From Anolis carolinensis (lineage: Eukaryota), in NCBI RefSeq assembly GCF_035594765.1, contig NC_085847.1, positions 6,510,392-6,574,000 of the forward strand: a stretch of DNA of 63,609 nt, given 5' to 3'. The notes under the pieces are model-generated. The model ran no database searches. It was not told the origin of the DNA and saw nothing but the letters and a program-made list of their open reading frames with translations. Below, in pieces: positions 9,579 to 19,664 of the stretch. The translations under genes were made by a program, and so were the position numbers. Numbering within the stretch: the stretch's first letter is position 1; each line of letters starts with the position of its first letter.

Positions 9579-11914
9579 GCATTTCTAATACCACTTTTCT
9601 CACCCCTGGGGGGACTCAAACATAATAAATGGCAAAATTCAATGCCTCACATACGTATAGAAAAATATATCACATATTTAAATGTTGGAGGAGCTAGGCA
9701 TTCCTAGAGAAGGCTTCTCTCTGTGGATCTCTTTGGGATATATATATACAGGATATACCTGGAGGTCTTTTGGGATCTCCCCCTTTATTTGTCTCCCCGT
9801 TTTTTTTCTAGGTGGTCCAAAAGTGTCTCGATTTGGGCGCCAGCTCTGCTCAGTTCGTCGCGGCGGACATGAGCAATATGACGGAAGCCCAGAGAGTGAT
9901 CAAGGAAACCAAGGACGCAATGGGTAAAGCGCCAACCTTGCCCCACGCCCCACACCCAGACGCGACCCTCTAGCCTGGCAGTTTGCTTTTGCCCAAATGT
10001 ACTGGTGACAAATCAAGGGTGGCTTTGGGGCTGATGTCCTGCTCTTGGGCTGCCCTGAGTGCCTCTTGTGCCCTTTTCTCGCCGGCCAGGCGGCCTGGAC
10101 CACCTGATCTTGAACCACGTGGGCAAAACCTCTCTGTTTGGCCCCTTCCAATGGGACCTGGAGCCTGTGATCAAGACCATGACGGTCAACTTCTTCAGCT
10201 ACGTCCAGCTCACCCTTTCGGCCCGGGACATGTTGCGGGAGTCGCAGGGGAGCATCGTCGTCGTCTCTTCCGTGGCCGGTAGGAAAAAGCTCCTCCAGCC
10301 CGTTAAACGGGGGGCTCGATCCCAACATAATCGGGATGGAGAGAAGGAAGTCCCATCACAGGGATGGCAAGCCGGAGAAGGTTCCTTAGTCAAGTAGATC
10401 TAGAATACATCCTGCCACGGCTACCATGGTCACTAAGGACCTTATCACATCAACCGTTTATATCAGGATGCATCCTGTCTTTTTGGGGACTAGATACATT
10501 CTGTCACACCTCATTAGGATGATGTTTACAATTAGAATCCCCTGTGCAACGTTTTGCGGACAGATTCTGACAGATTCGTGAGGGAACATCATGTGACAGA
10601 ACCTGTTCGGAATCATGTCCAGAGTCTCAGAAATGGCGTACATCCCAATGTGATAAGATCCTAGACCTCTCTCTAGGAGTTGCACTGATTCCTCGATTCT
10701 CAGACACAATCCAAACCATTGATGGTCCCCAATGCCAACTGAGAACTGCTCCATGGAGGAACAGGACACATTGAGGTGGGCTCTCCATCTCCGGAGGTCT
10801 TTGAGTCGAGGTGGGGTGGGCACCTCGCTTGGGTGCTTCAGTTGTGCACTTTGGCCAAGTGGGTGGTTGGACTAGAGCAGTGGTTCCCAAACTTATTTGG
10901 CCTGCCGCCCCCTTTCCAGAAAAAATATGACTCAGCGGCCCCTGGAAAAGAGGGCGTGGCTTAGAGGGGTGGGCGTGGCTCCTGTTCAAGGGGTGGGGCT
11001 GAGCCTCTCCCCAGTCCAAGATGCAGGGAGGGGGAGGTGGGCGGGGCCACAAATGGGCAGCCAGGACTGGGAGTTCTGAGCTCTGAGGCAGGGCTGAGCT
11101 TCTATCAGGACACAGGGGGCGGGGCTAGTGGAGGGGGCGGGGCCTCTTCCCAAGTGCCTGACGGGACTGAACCTCTCTACCACACCCCCGTGTTCTAACA
11201 AGCGCCTCAGGGGAGGATGCAGAGACTCTTGGGAAGAGGCCCCGCCCCTGCCCCTAGCCCCGCCCTTTAGTCCTAAAAGGCCTCTCAGGAGAAATAGAGG
11301 CTCAGCCCTGTCTCGGGCTGTTGAAAGGAGGCCCCGCCCCTCCCCTGGCCCCGCCCCGCTGGATCGCTGCAGTGCCCACCAGGGGGCGGTAGCGCCCACT
11401 TTGGGAATCACTGGACTAGACGTTCCAAAGCAGCCAATTCTGCAAAATCCACGTGGCATCCTCTCTGTCCTAGGCCGTGTCCCGTCCCCGTTCTCCGTCC
11501 CGTACGTGGCGAGTAAATTTGCGCTGGAGGGTTTCTACAGCAGCCTGCGCTCCGAGCTCCGGCTCCTGAATGCCGAGCTGCCCATCACCGTGGCGGTTTT
11601 GGGGTACATCGACACAGGTAAGACCGAGGCCAAAGCGCCCACCTTGCAACAGCACCCAGAGCTGTCCTCACCTCAGCCTGCCTGCCTTCTTCCCTCCAGA
11701 CACGGCTGTGAACTGCCTGAAGGGCAAAATGTTGGGGTCGCCGAGTCCGAAAGCGGAATGCGCCCGGGCCATTGTGAAGGGCGGCATGCTGAGAGAGCGG
11801 GAGGTTTTCTATCCTTACTGGTCCGTCAGACCCATCATCTTCCTCCGGGATTGGATGCCCGAACTCGTGGACTATCTCGTCAGCAGAGCCTACCTGGTGG
11901 AGAATATCGCCTAG
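8462..11914 (+). CDS. 11beta-hydroxysteroid dehydrogenase 1-like SDR (HSD11B1/HSD11B1L family paralog); exons 8462-8543, 8624-8754, 9812-9923, 10090-10278, 11474-11617, 11700-11914 (290 aa)
   Basis: N-terminal signal anchor MAARRILFSLLVALCAYHFY; Rossmann motif TGSSMGIG; TARR (basic, NADP(H)-type); GGLDHLILNH; catalytic SS...YVASK; VLGYIDT. Exon sizes 82/131/112/189/144 follow the HSD11B1 pattern as I recall it. All introns are GT-AG and in frame (873 nt). Confidence 0.92.
8757..9575. repeat. Composite VNTR: about 7 copies of a ~65 bp LINE-tail-like unit separated by (ATT)n/(AAT)n
   Basis: atgtatttatatgttgtacgccactttgaatcccacccatgggagaaaagcgggatagaaatgaat starts at ~8811, 8929, 9041, 9141, 9241, 9356 and (partial) 9465. 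Confidence 0.92.
10878..11413. mobile_element. Non-autonomous hAT MITE (536 bp), GC-box-rich, with an internal inverted repeat
   Basis: TIRs CAGTGGTTCCCAAA and TTTGGGAATCACTG; TSD GACTAGAG (10870-10877) / GACTAGAC (11414-11421). Confidence 0.88.
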
Positions 11915-12097
11915 AAAAGGGACTCGGCATAATTTTCGAAACCCTTCCAGCCTCAAACTTTGCCAGAAGGGACCCGAAAAAAGTAAACTTGGCCTAAAAA
12001 TGTCCTTCCTTTTGCTGAGATGAGGCTTCCTTTCTCATTTCATGATGGCAAGTATCTTTACCCCAGGTGCTGATCTGGAATGCCAACATCCAAAATA

Positions 12098-12420
12098 CAG
12101 TAGAGTCTCACTTATCCAACACTCGCTTATCCAACGTTCTGGATTATTCAACGCATTTTTGAAGTCAATGTTTTCAATACATCGTGATATTTTGGTGCTA
12201 AATTCATAAATACAGTAATTACTACATAGCATTACTGCGTATTGATCTACTTTTTCGGTCAAAGTTTTTATATAACATGATGTTTTGGTGCTTAATTTGT
12301 CAAATCATAACCTAATTTGATGTTTAATAGGATTTTCCTTAATCCTTCCTTATTATCCAACATATTTGCTTATCCAACGTTCTGCCGGCCCATTTATGTT
12401 GGATAAGTGAGACTCTACTG
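12098..12420. mobile_element. Tc1/mariner-type MITE, full length (323 bp)
   Basis: Perfect TIRs CAGTAGAGTCTCACTTATCCAAC, with a TA target duplication on both sides. Confidence 0.93.
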
Positions 12421-12439
12421 TACTCACAAATCCAAGATG

Positions 12440-12443
12440 ATAA

Positions 12444-12488
<45 letters not shown>

Positions 12489-12630
12489 CTGACGTGTGAT
12501 CCAATACAACAGCCAGCAGAGTGTCTGCTGTGGACTCATCTTGTGTTAATAATAATAATAATAATAATAATAATCTGATGTGTGATCCAATACAACAGCC
12601 AGCAGAGTGTCTGCTGTGGCCTCACCTTGT

Positions 12631-12688
<58 letters not shown>

Positions 12689-12690
12689 GG
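12440..12690 (+). mobile_element. Two R4/Dong-like 3'-end fragments inside (AAT)n
   Basis: gtgtgatccaatacaacagccagcagagtgtctgctgtgg occurs twice, each flanked by (AAT)n; same unit as 5735-5790. Confidence 0.65.
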
Positions 12691-12897
12691 TTGCTTTCTG
12701 ATGGGTTGATGTTGTTCTGTGCACAATATTATTAAAAATATTGCCTAAAAGGACCTTTAAACTACAACTCCCAGAATTGCATTACATTGTTCAAGGGGAG
12801 GGGGAGCAGAGGTGTAGCCAGAGAAAGACGCCGAGACGGATTAGAGCATGCATTGCACTTTAATGCGCGTTGCTTCTTCCTGCACATGGGAAGGAAG

Positions 12898-13934
12898 TTA
12901 GGCCCCAGGTGGGTTCTTGTCGGGCCCCTTGCCGTCGTTGTCGTTCTCATCCTCTTTGTTGCCTTTGAATCTGGCCCGCATGGGGGTGTTGAAGGCCCCG
13001 GTGCTGCTGGAGGAACTTGCAGGTGGAGAAGACAGACCACCGGGAGGGAACCTGGAGACCAGGAAAGACAAGGCAGGAATCAGCAAGAGCAAAGGCATGA
13101 ATTGCGCAGACACTACGTTGCCACATCCATGTCTTTTGGCCCCAATGGATCGCCATGGCTCAAGGCTATGGGGTCTTAAGAGTTGCAGTCTGACAAGCTC
13201 TTGTAAAAGAGTGCCGGCGCCAAACTACAACTCTCATAACCCAGATACCCCTTGATATGCCCCAAAATTCCCAGGACCCTCTGACGGAAGCCAGACCTTG
13301 GAGGATTGGCGCATCTCATCCGGCCGACGACGGAGCCGCCGCCCAAGGTGGAAGGACGGAAGCCGCTGGGGTTGAGAATGAAAGGGCGCAGGTCGACCAT
13401 GCTGTCGGGAAGAGAGAGGGAGTGGGGGTCTGGATTTGGCTGGGGTACCAAATTGGGGGGAGTGCCCCCTCTACCCTTCCCGCTCCCTCGTCTGCTTTTC
13501 AAATGTCCCAGTTTCCTTCTCCTCCCCCGCTTTTCATGCCTTGCTCAGCTAACTCTTAACTGCTGCCAACTGAACGACAATACGGCTGGCACTCCAGTGA
13601 TCTCAACGGAAGGGAAAGGAGACTGTCGAGAGACCTGCCACTCACCTCTTTTGATTGACAGAGGACATGCCAGCCCAGAGCTGTTTCAGGTCAATGTTGG
13701 AGGTGCCGCTTCTCTCCGTCTGGTGGGGAGCCAAAAGGAAAAACTTAGAATCTGTCGCAAGAAAGGGCTCCAATCTCCTAAGAACTTCCCAAGGGGTCTA
13801 AAGAAGCAACATTTCTTTATTTTTAATGTCTTTAGCTTGAGTTTAGGGCTAGGTCCTGGGGAGTCTAAGGACCAAATCCTCACTTGGAAACCTTAGTCAA
13901 GTCACACCATCATGGGATATGCAGTTTGAAAACA

Positions 13935-13984
<50 letters not shown>

Positions 13985-14231
13985 TAATATTATTATTCCT
14001 ATTTATTTTATTATGACACAGCAAACAAGATAGATATGCTGGATTTCGTATCACAAAATCACAAGTCGAACACTTCCCAAGTGTTGTTGTATGTCTTTCG
14101 GGCTGTGTGGCCATGTTCCAGAAGTATTCTCTCCTGACTTCCCAAGTGTCTAGGACTGTGTGATGTATTTTCGGATGATGTGTGCAGATCCCAGTAGGGT
14201 GGCCTTTTGCAGTTGGCAGATCGTGATTTCC

Positions 14232-14271
<40 letters not shown>

Positions 14272-15098
14272 TTGTTATTATTTGACTACTGTCCTCTCTT
14301 AAAAGACACTCAAAGCAGCTGGAGTTCTCTGGGAGTTCTACCTTCTCTTCCCTTGAACTGCAAATCCCAGGATGCTGTGACAGTTAAAGTGGAATAATAC
14401 CACTACAATTGCATAGTTTGAAAGGTTCCCAGGCAGAAATCTGAACGACTGAAGGAGCTGTTCCCAGATTGAGGAAAAGCAAATGGAAGACTTCTTCTCA
14501 CGGTGACTTAGAGATGGGATAAAGTTTAACCTCAGCGGCTTCCTTCTAGTTGGACACGGGGGGCAAAGCAGAGTGGAGGGTGAGCCCTGGCAACACAAGA
14601 ACTGGAAGGAAGAAGAAAGCAAAGACCTGCCGGAGCCTTGGGCAACAAAGCCACCCCCGCCGGAGCCCTTTCTATCCCCCAGTGGAAACGCCAACTGGCA
14701 AGGGGGTTTAGCACAAACCTGTTTGGGAAAAGCAGCCAAGGCTTGGGCCACGTCCGGCATGGGTGGCAAGGCCCGGAGCCGGTTCTGGCGGGGGCTGAAG
14801 CCTCCCAACATGAAGGCTCTCCGGGTCCGTCTCTCGGGGGGTCTCCAGGTGGTCCTCTTGGCCGCTGCAAAGCAAGAGCGCTCACTGATAGCCCCCTGGG
14901 CCCCACCCAAGGCTGGCATCAGGGCCAGGGACCACCACAGTCGGCACCCGCCGGCCAGGCTTACCACGAGCATAGCTGTTGGCCTTCTTCATCTCCCGTT
15001 TCAGTTGCTCCACTCGCTCTTCCATCTCCATCTCTTCCAAGGCGTTGACATAGTTGGAATCTCCCTGAAGCAGGGCAAAGAACTTGGCCTGGGGAGGA

Positions 15099-15148
<50 letters not shown>

Positions 15149-15332
15149 GGACCCAAAGACACAGTATGACACAGCAAACAAGATATATATGCTGGATTTC
15201 ATACCACAAAATCACAAGTCAAACACTTCCCTATTATTATTATTATTATTGACACAAAGACACAGTATGACACACCAAACGAGATATATATGCTGGATTT
15301 CATATCACAAAATCACAAGTCAAACACTTCCC

Positions 15333-15375
<43 letters not shown>

Positions 15376-15558
15376 GACACAAAGACACAGTATGACACAC
15401 CAAACGAGATATATATGCTGGATTTCATACCACAAAATCACAAGTCAAACACTTCCCTATTATTATTATTATTATTGACACAAAGACACAGTATGACACA
15501 CCAAACGAGATATATATGCTGGATTTCATACCACAAAATCACAAGTTGAACACTTCCC

Positions 15559-15604
<46 letters not shown>

Positions 15605-15697
15605 GACACAAAGACACAGTATGACACAGCAAACAAGATATATATGCTGGATTTCGTATCACAAAATCACAAGTCAAACACATCATCATCATCATCA

Positions 15698-15729
<32 letters not shown>

Positions 15730-15915
15730 GGGCTGTTTCTGGAACTACACAACACCCCATTGATTCCGTCTGTTAAAGCCTTCAACAATTTATTACTATT
15801 ATTATTATTATTGACACAACGACATAGTATGATACAGCAAACGAGATCTATATGCTGTATTTTATATCACAAAATCACAAGTCGAACACTTCCCAAGCGT
15901 TTAGGACTGTGTGAT

Positions 15916-15968
<53 letters not shown>

Positions 15969-16057
15969 GTATGACACAGCAAACAAGATAGATATGCTGG
16001 ATTTCATATCACAAAATTACAAGTCAAACACTTCCCAAGTGTTTAGGACTGTGTGAT

Positions 16058-16112
<55 letters not shown>

Positions 16113-16810
16113 GAGAGCAATGACTGGGTCGGGAATAGTAAACAAGTATGACCCCTGTATCCATGGAAGAGATTCCTGGATTTCGCACTGAGAGTTGGAG
16201 ACCCAAAAACAAATCATCGCAAGCCCTATTGAATGAAGGACCATAGAGATGCACTGGAGGACCCACAAAATGCCTAGAGGGGGTGCATTTTGTCAGACAT
16301 GGCTAAAGGAAACTACATGGAATGGCGAGCCCAATTAAAACAAAGGACTTCCGGCCCAAGAAGACCATACGGTTATCCTGGAGGACTTGGAAAATGCCTG
16401 TAGAGGGCATATGGATAAATTACACCTATGGATGCTCATGGGTATGTGGGATTGTGTTATACTTGCACAGTCAGGGATACGGATAGAGGGGGGAAACACC
16501 CCGCAAGAAGAAAACTAGCACCTCAAGGGAGGTTTCCGCCGAGGTGCTAGATTTCTCCTTGCAAGGAGAGGCTTTCCTTGGGCCTTGCCTTGAGGTAGTC
16601 CAGCAGGCTGGCGTTCTCGGCCTCCTCCTGCTTGCGCTTGCGCACCACGCGCTCGCAGATGCCCGGGTTCTGCTCCATTTGGGCGTAAAGGTCCTGCAGG
16701 GCTTTCTGGGTGTAGTTCAAGGCTTGCCCTTCAAAGTCCTGGGGGGTGATCCGCTCACAGAAGGAAATGATGAGCGGATATTCGTTGTCAAATTCATCCA
16801 GGATCTCCAT
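12898..16810 (-). CDS. Uncharacterised protein (274 aa) with a NEMP/TMEM194-C-terminal-like helical domain; coding exons 16810-16589, 15088-14965, 14864-14719, 13719-13646, 13401-13297, 13051-12898
   Basis: Six exons with polypyrimidine acceptors join in phase (0,1,0,2,2) into an 825-nt ORF; GC-rich coding-like islands inside AT-rich repeat DNA; ATTAAA at 12859-12864 just after the stop; upstream exon and promoter near 18648-18780. The first two exons are more certain than the last four. Confidence 0.78.
13985..14230 (-). mobile_element. R4/Dong-like 3' fragments in (ATT)n
   Basis: Reverse complement of the 5840-5990 element, including ggccttttgcagttggcagatcgtgat. Confidence 0.7.
15100..16110 (-). 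mobile_element. Array of about 7 R4/Dong-like 3'-end units alternating with (ATT)n
   Basis: Repeated gacacaaagacacagtatgacacagcaaacaagatatatatgctggatttcatatcacaaaatcacaagtcaaacacttccc units. Confidence 0.75.
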
Positions 16811-16849
16811 CTTGTGTCCTAGGCAAAGCAGGGGGAAATCAAGAAATAT

Positions 16850-18440
16850 GATTATTATTACGTATTATTAGATTATATTATTATTAGTAGTAGTACTATA
16901 TTGTATTATATTATAATATTGTTATCAATATTATATGTCTATACAATATATTACATTATGAGCATAGTACAATATTATTATACATAATTATTGTGTATTA
17001 TTATTAGTATTATATATTATTATATTGTATTATTAGTATGATATTGTATTACATAATATTACTATTAATATTATATATATATAATGTGCCTAGCACATTA
17101 GCGTTATATATTATATTGTATTATTATTAGTATGATATTGTATTACATAATAATATTACATTAATATTATATACAATATATTATTTTATGAGCCTAGCAC
17201 AATACTAGTATTATATATTATTATATTGTATTATTAGGAGTATATTGAATTACATAATAATATTACTATTCATATTATATACAATATATTATATTATCAG
17301 CCTAGCACATAATTATGTATTACATAATAATATTACTATTCATATTATATACAATATATTATATTATGAGCCTAGCACAACATTAGTATTATTAGTATCA
17401 TATTGAATTAGATAATAATATTACTATTAATATTCTATATATTATATTATGAGCCTCGCACGATATTAGTATTATTAGTATCATATTGAATTACATAATC
17501 ATATTACTATATTATATATATTATATTATGAGCCTAGCACAATATTAGTATTATTAGTATCATATTGAATTACATAATAATATTACTATTAATATTATAT
17601 ATTATATTATGAGCCTAGCACAGTATTAGTATTATTAGTATCATATTGAATTACATCATAATATTACTATTAATATTCTATATTATGAGCCTAGCACAAT
17701 ATTAGTATTATTAGTATCATATTGAATTACATAATAATATTACTATTAATATTATATATTATATTATGAGCCTAGCACAGTATTAGTATTATTAGTATCA
17801 TATTGAATTACATAATAATATTACTATTAATATTATATATTATATTATGAGCCTAGCACAGTATTAGTATTATTAGTATCATATTGAATTACATAATAAT
17901 ATTACTATTAATATTATATATTATATTATGAGCCTAGCACAGTATTAGTATTATTAGTATCATATTGAATTACATAATCATATTACAGTAGAGTCTCACT
18001 AATCCAAGCTAAACGGGCCAGCAGAAGCTTGGATAAGCGAATATCTTGGATAATAAGGAGGGATTAAGGAAAAGCCTATTAAACATCAAATTAGGTTATG
18101 ATTTTACAAATTCAGCACCAAAACATCATGTTATGCAACAAATTGGACAGAAAAAGTAGTTCAATATGCAGTAATGTTATGTTGTAATTACTGTATTTAC
18201 GAATTTAGCACCAAAATATCATGATATATTGAAAACATTGACTACAAAAATGGCTTGGATAATCCAGAAGCTTGGATAAGCGAGGCTTGGATAAGTGAGA
18301 CTCTACAGTACTATTACTATTCTATATTATATTATGAGCATAGCACAATATTAGTATCATATATTACTAGATTGTCCTATACCACTAGACTGCAATATTG
18401 TTATTATTATATTATAGTATGATATTATAATAATATGGAT
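16850..18440. repeat. AT-rich minisatellite (~80 bp unit) interrupted by a MITE
   Basis: gagcctagcacagtattagtattattagtatcatattgaattacataataatattactattaat recurs with a period of about 81 (e.g. 17768, 17849, 17930). Confidence 0.9.
17986..18308. mobile_element. Tc1/mariner-type MITE
   Basis: TIR CAGTAGAGTCTCACT..., TA flanks; same family as 12098-12420. Confidence 0.9.
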
Positions 18441-18479
18441 AAATAGGGCTGAGTCTATGTATTATTTATTTCAAGTTTG

Positions 18480-18780
18480 GGCAGTGGGCGGGGCCTTGTC
18501 CTGCTCAGGGGCGGGGCTTTTCCAGAACCCCGCCCTGCCCTCAAGCCTCATTTTCCCTGGGCCAGTGGGCGGGGCCTTCCCCTGCCCGTGGGGCGTGGCT
18601 TCCCTCCCCAAACCCCACCCCTTCTCCCCTCCGGGGGCGGGGCTTACCTCTCCCCCTAGGCTCAGTTGTTGCTTGGTGGAGTGTCGGGCTTCTTCTGCGC
18701 CTGTGCGCAGCTGCTTGGCCGGCTTGGCCCGTTGGCCCCATTGTGACGCAAGAGGTCACGTGGCCGCCTAGGAGCAGGCC
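18480..18780 (-). promoter_or_regulatory. Promoter and first exon (donor after 18648) of the uncharacterised gene
   Basis: Minus-strand GAG|GTAAGC donor; E-box GTCACGTG (~18755-18762), CRE half-site TGACGCA, an NRF1-like GCGC repeat and several GGGCGGGG boxes. Confidence 0.65.
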
Positions 18781-19139
18781 TCAGCTGGGACTGCAAAGCC
18801 CAGCAGGCACCTAATGTTATGTATTTGATTTAGATGGGATTTCTTAAAGGGCCAGCCTTGGGGAGGGGGATATATCTTAGTCAAGGGGTGTATCTTATAA
18901 GAATCTTATGGATTCGTATACTGAATCCACCTTAACCCTACTTTCCCTGCCACAGCTTAATGCTATAGAAAACTGGGAGTTTTAGTTTAGCAGACTACAA
19001 CTCCCATGATGCCATAGCACTCAGCCCTGGCAGTTCAAGTATGCGGGATCAAAGGACATTCATTCTGCATTGCAGGTGCACCCTATCTCCCTTCTCAGGC
19101 ATCCTGGGAGTTGTAGTTCTGTGAGGTCCACATTGATGG

Positions 19140-19290
19140 TGGGAGCTATAGCACACCCTGCGGATCGGAAAGTTGGCAGTTCAAGCCCGGGTCGGGGTGA
19201 GCTCCCGCCGTCAGCCCAGCCTCTGCTCGACTTGCAGTTTGAAAACAACAATGTAAGTAGATAAATAGGTACCGCGTTGGCGGGGAGGAA
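19140..19290 (+). mobile_element. Degenerate Sauria SINE 5' fragment
   Basis: tRNA-like head ggttcaagccc-like, then ggggtgagctcccgccgtcagcccagc ... aataggtaccgc, matching the 54951-55281 copy. Confidence 0.7.
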
Positions 19291-19664
19291 AAACATGCCG
19301 ACCAGGAAAGGCACCCATGGACGACGGGCTCCGGGTGATCGTTCCAAGGAAGGCAAGGCGCACAAGAAGGAACCAAAGAGACGGGTTTGGAGGCGCCACA
19401 CATTCATTGCACACCGCGATTGTCATGCTAATTTGTTTTATTTATTCCAAATGTTTTCCACATACACAGTCGCCCTGAATGAGAAAGCAACCGCTACAGA
19501 ACTCGAAAATCCCGCCCAAGGCTACCGTATGAAGACAGCAGAGGGCTCCTGTGCCTTGAATGAAAAGCTCCCTCCTCCGGGCGACTCTTAAAGGTACAGG
19601 AGCCCCATCCTGTCTTTCCACAGGGCCACCCGACCTGCTGAAATCGTGCGCTTCCGTGTAGCCT

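Noticed and set aside
10458-10823. 121-aa minus-strand ORF in dehydrogenase intron 4
   Set aside because: No recognisable motif or splice context; probably an unclassified repeat fragment.
11128-11997. 289-aa ORF as a standalone gene
   Set aside because: It is MITE sequence plus dehydrogenase exon 5 plus intron read-through.
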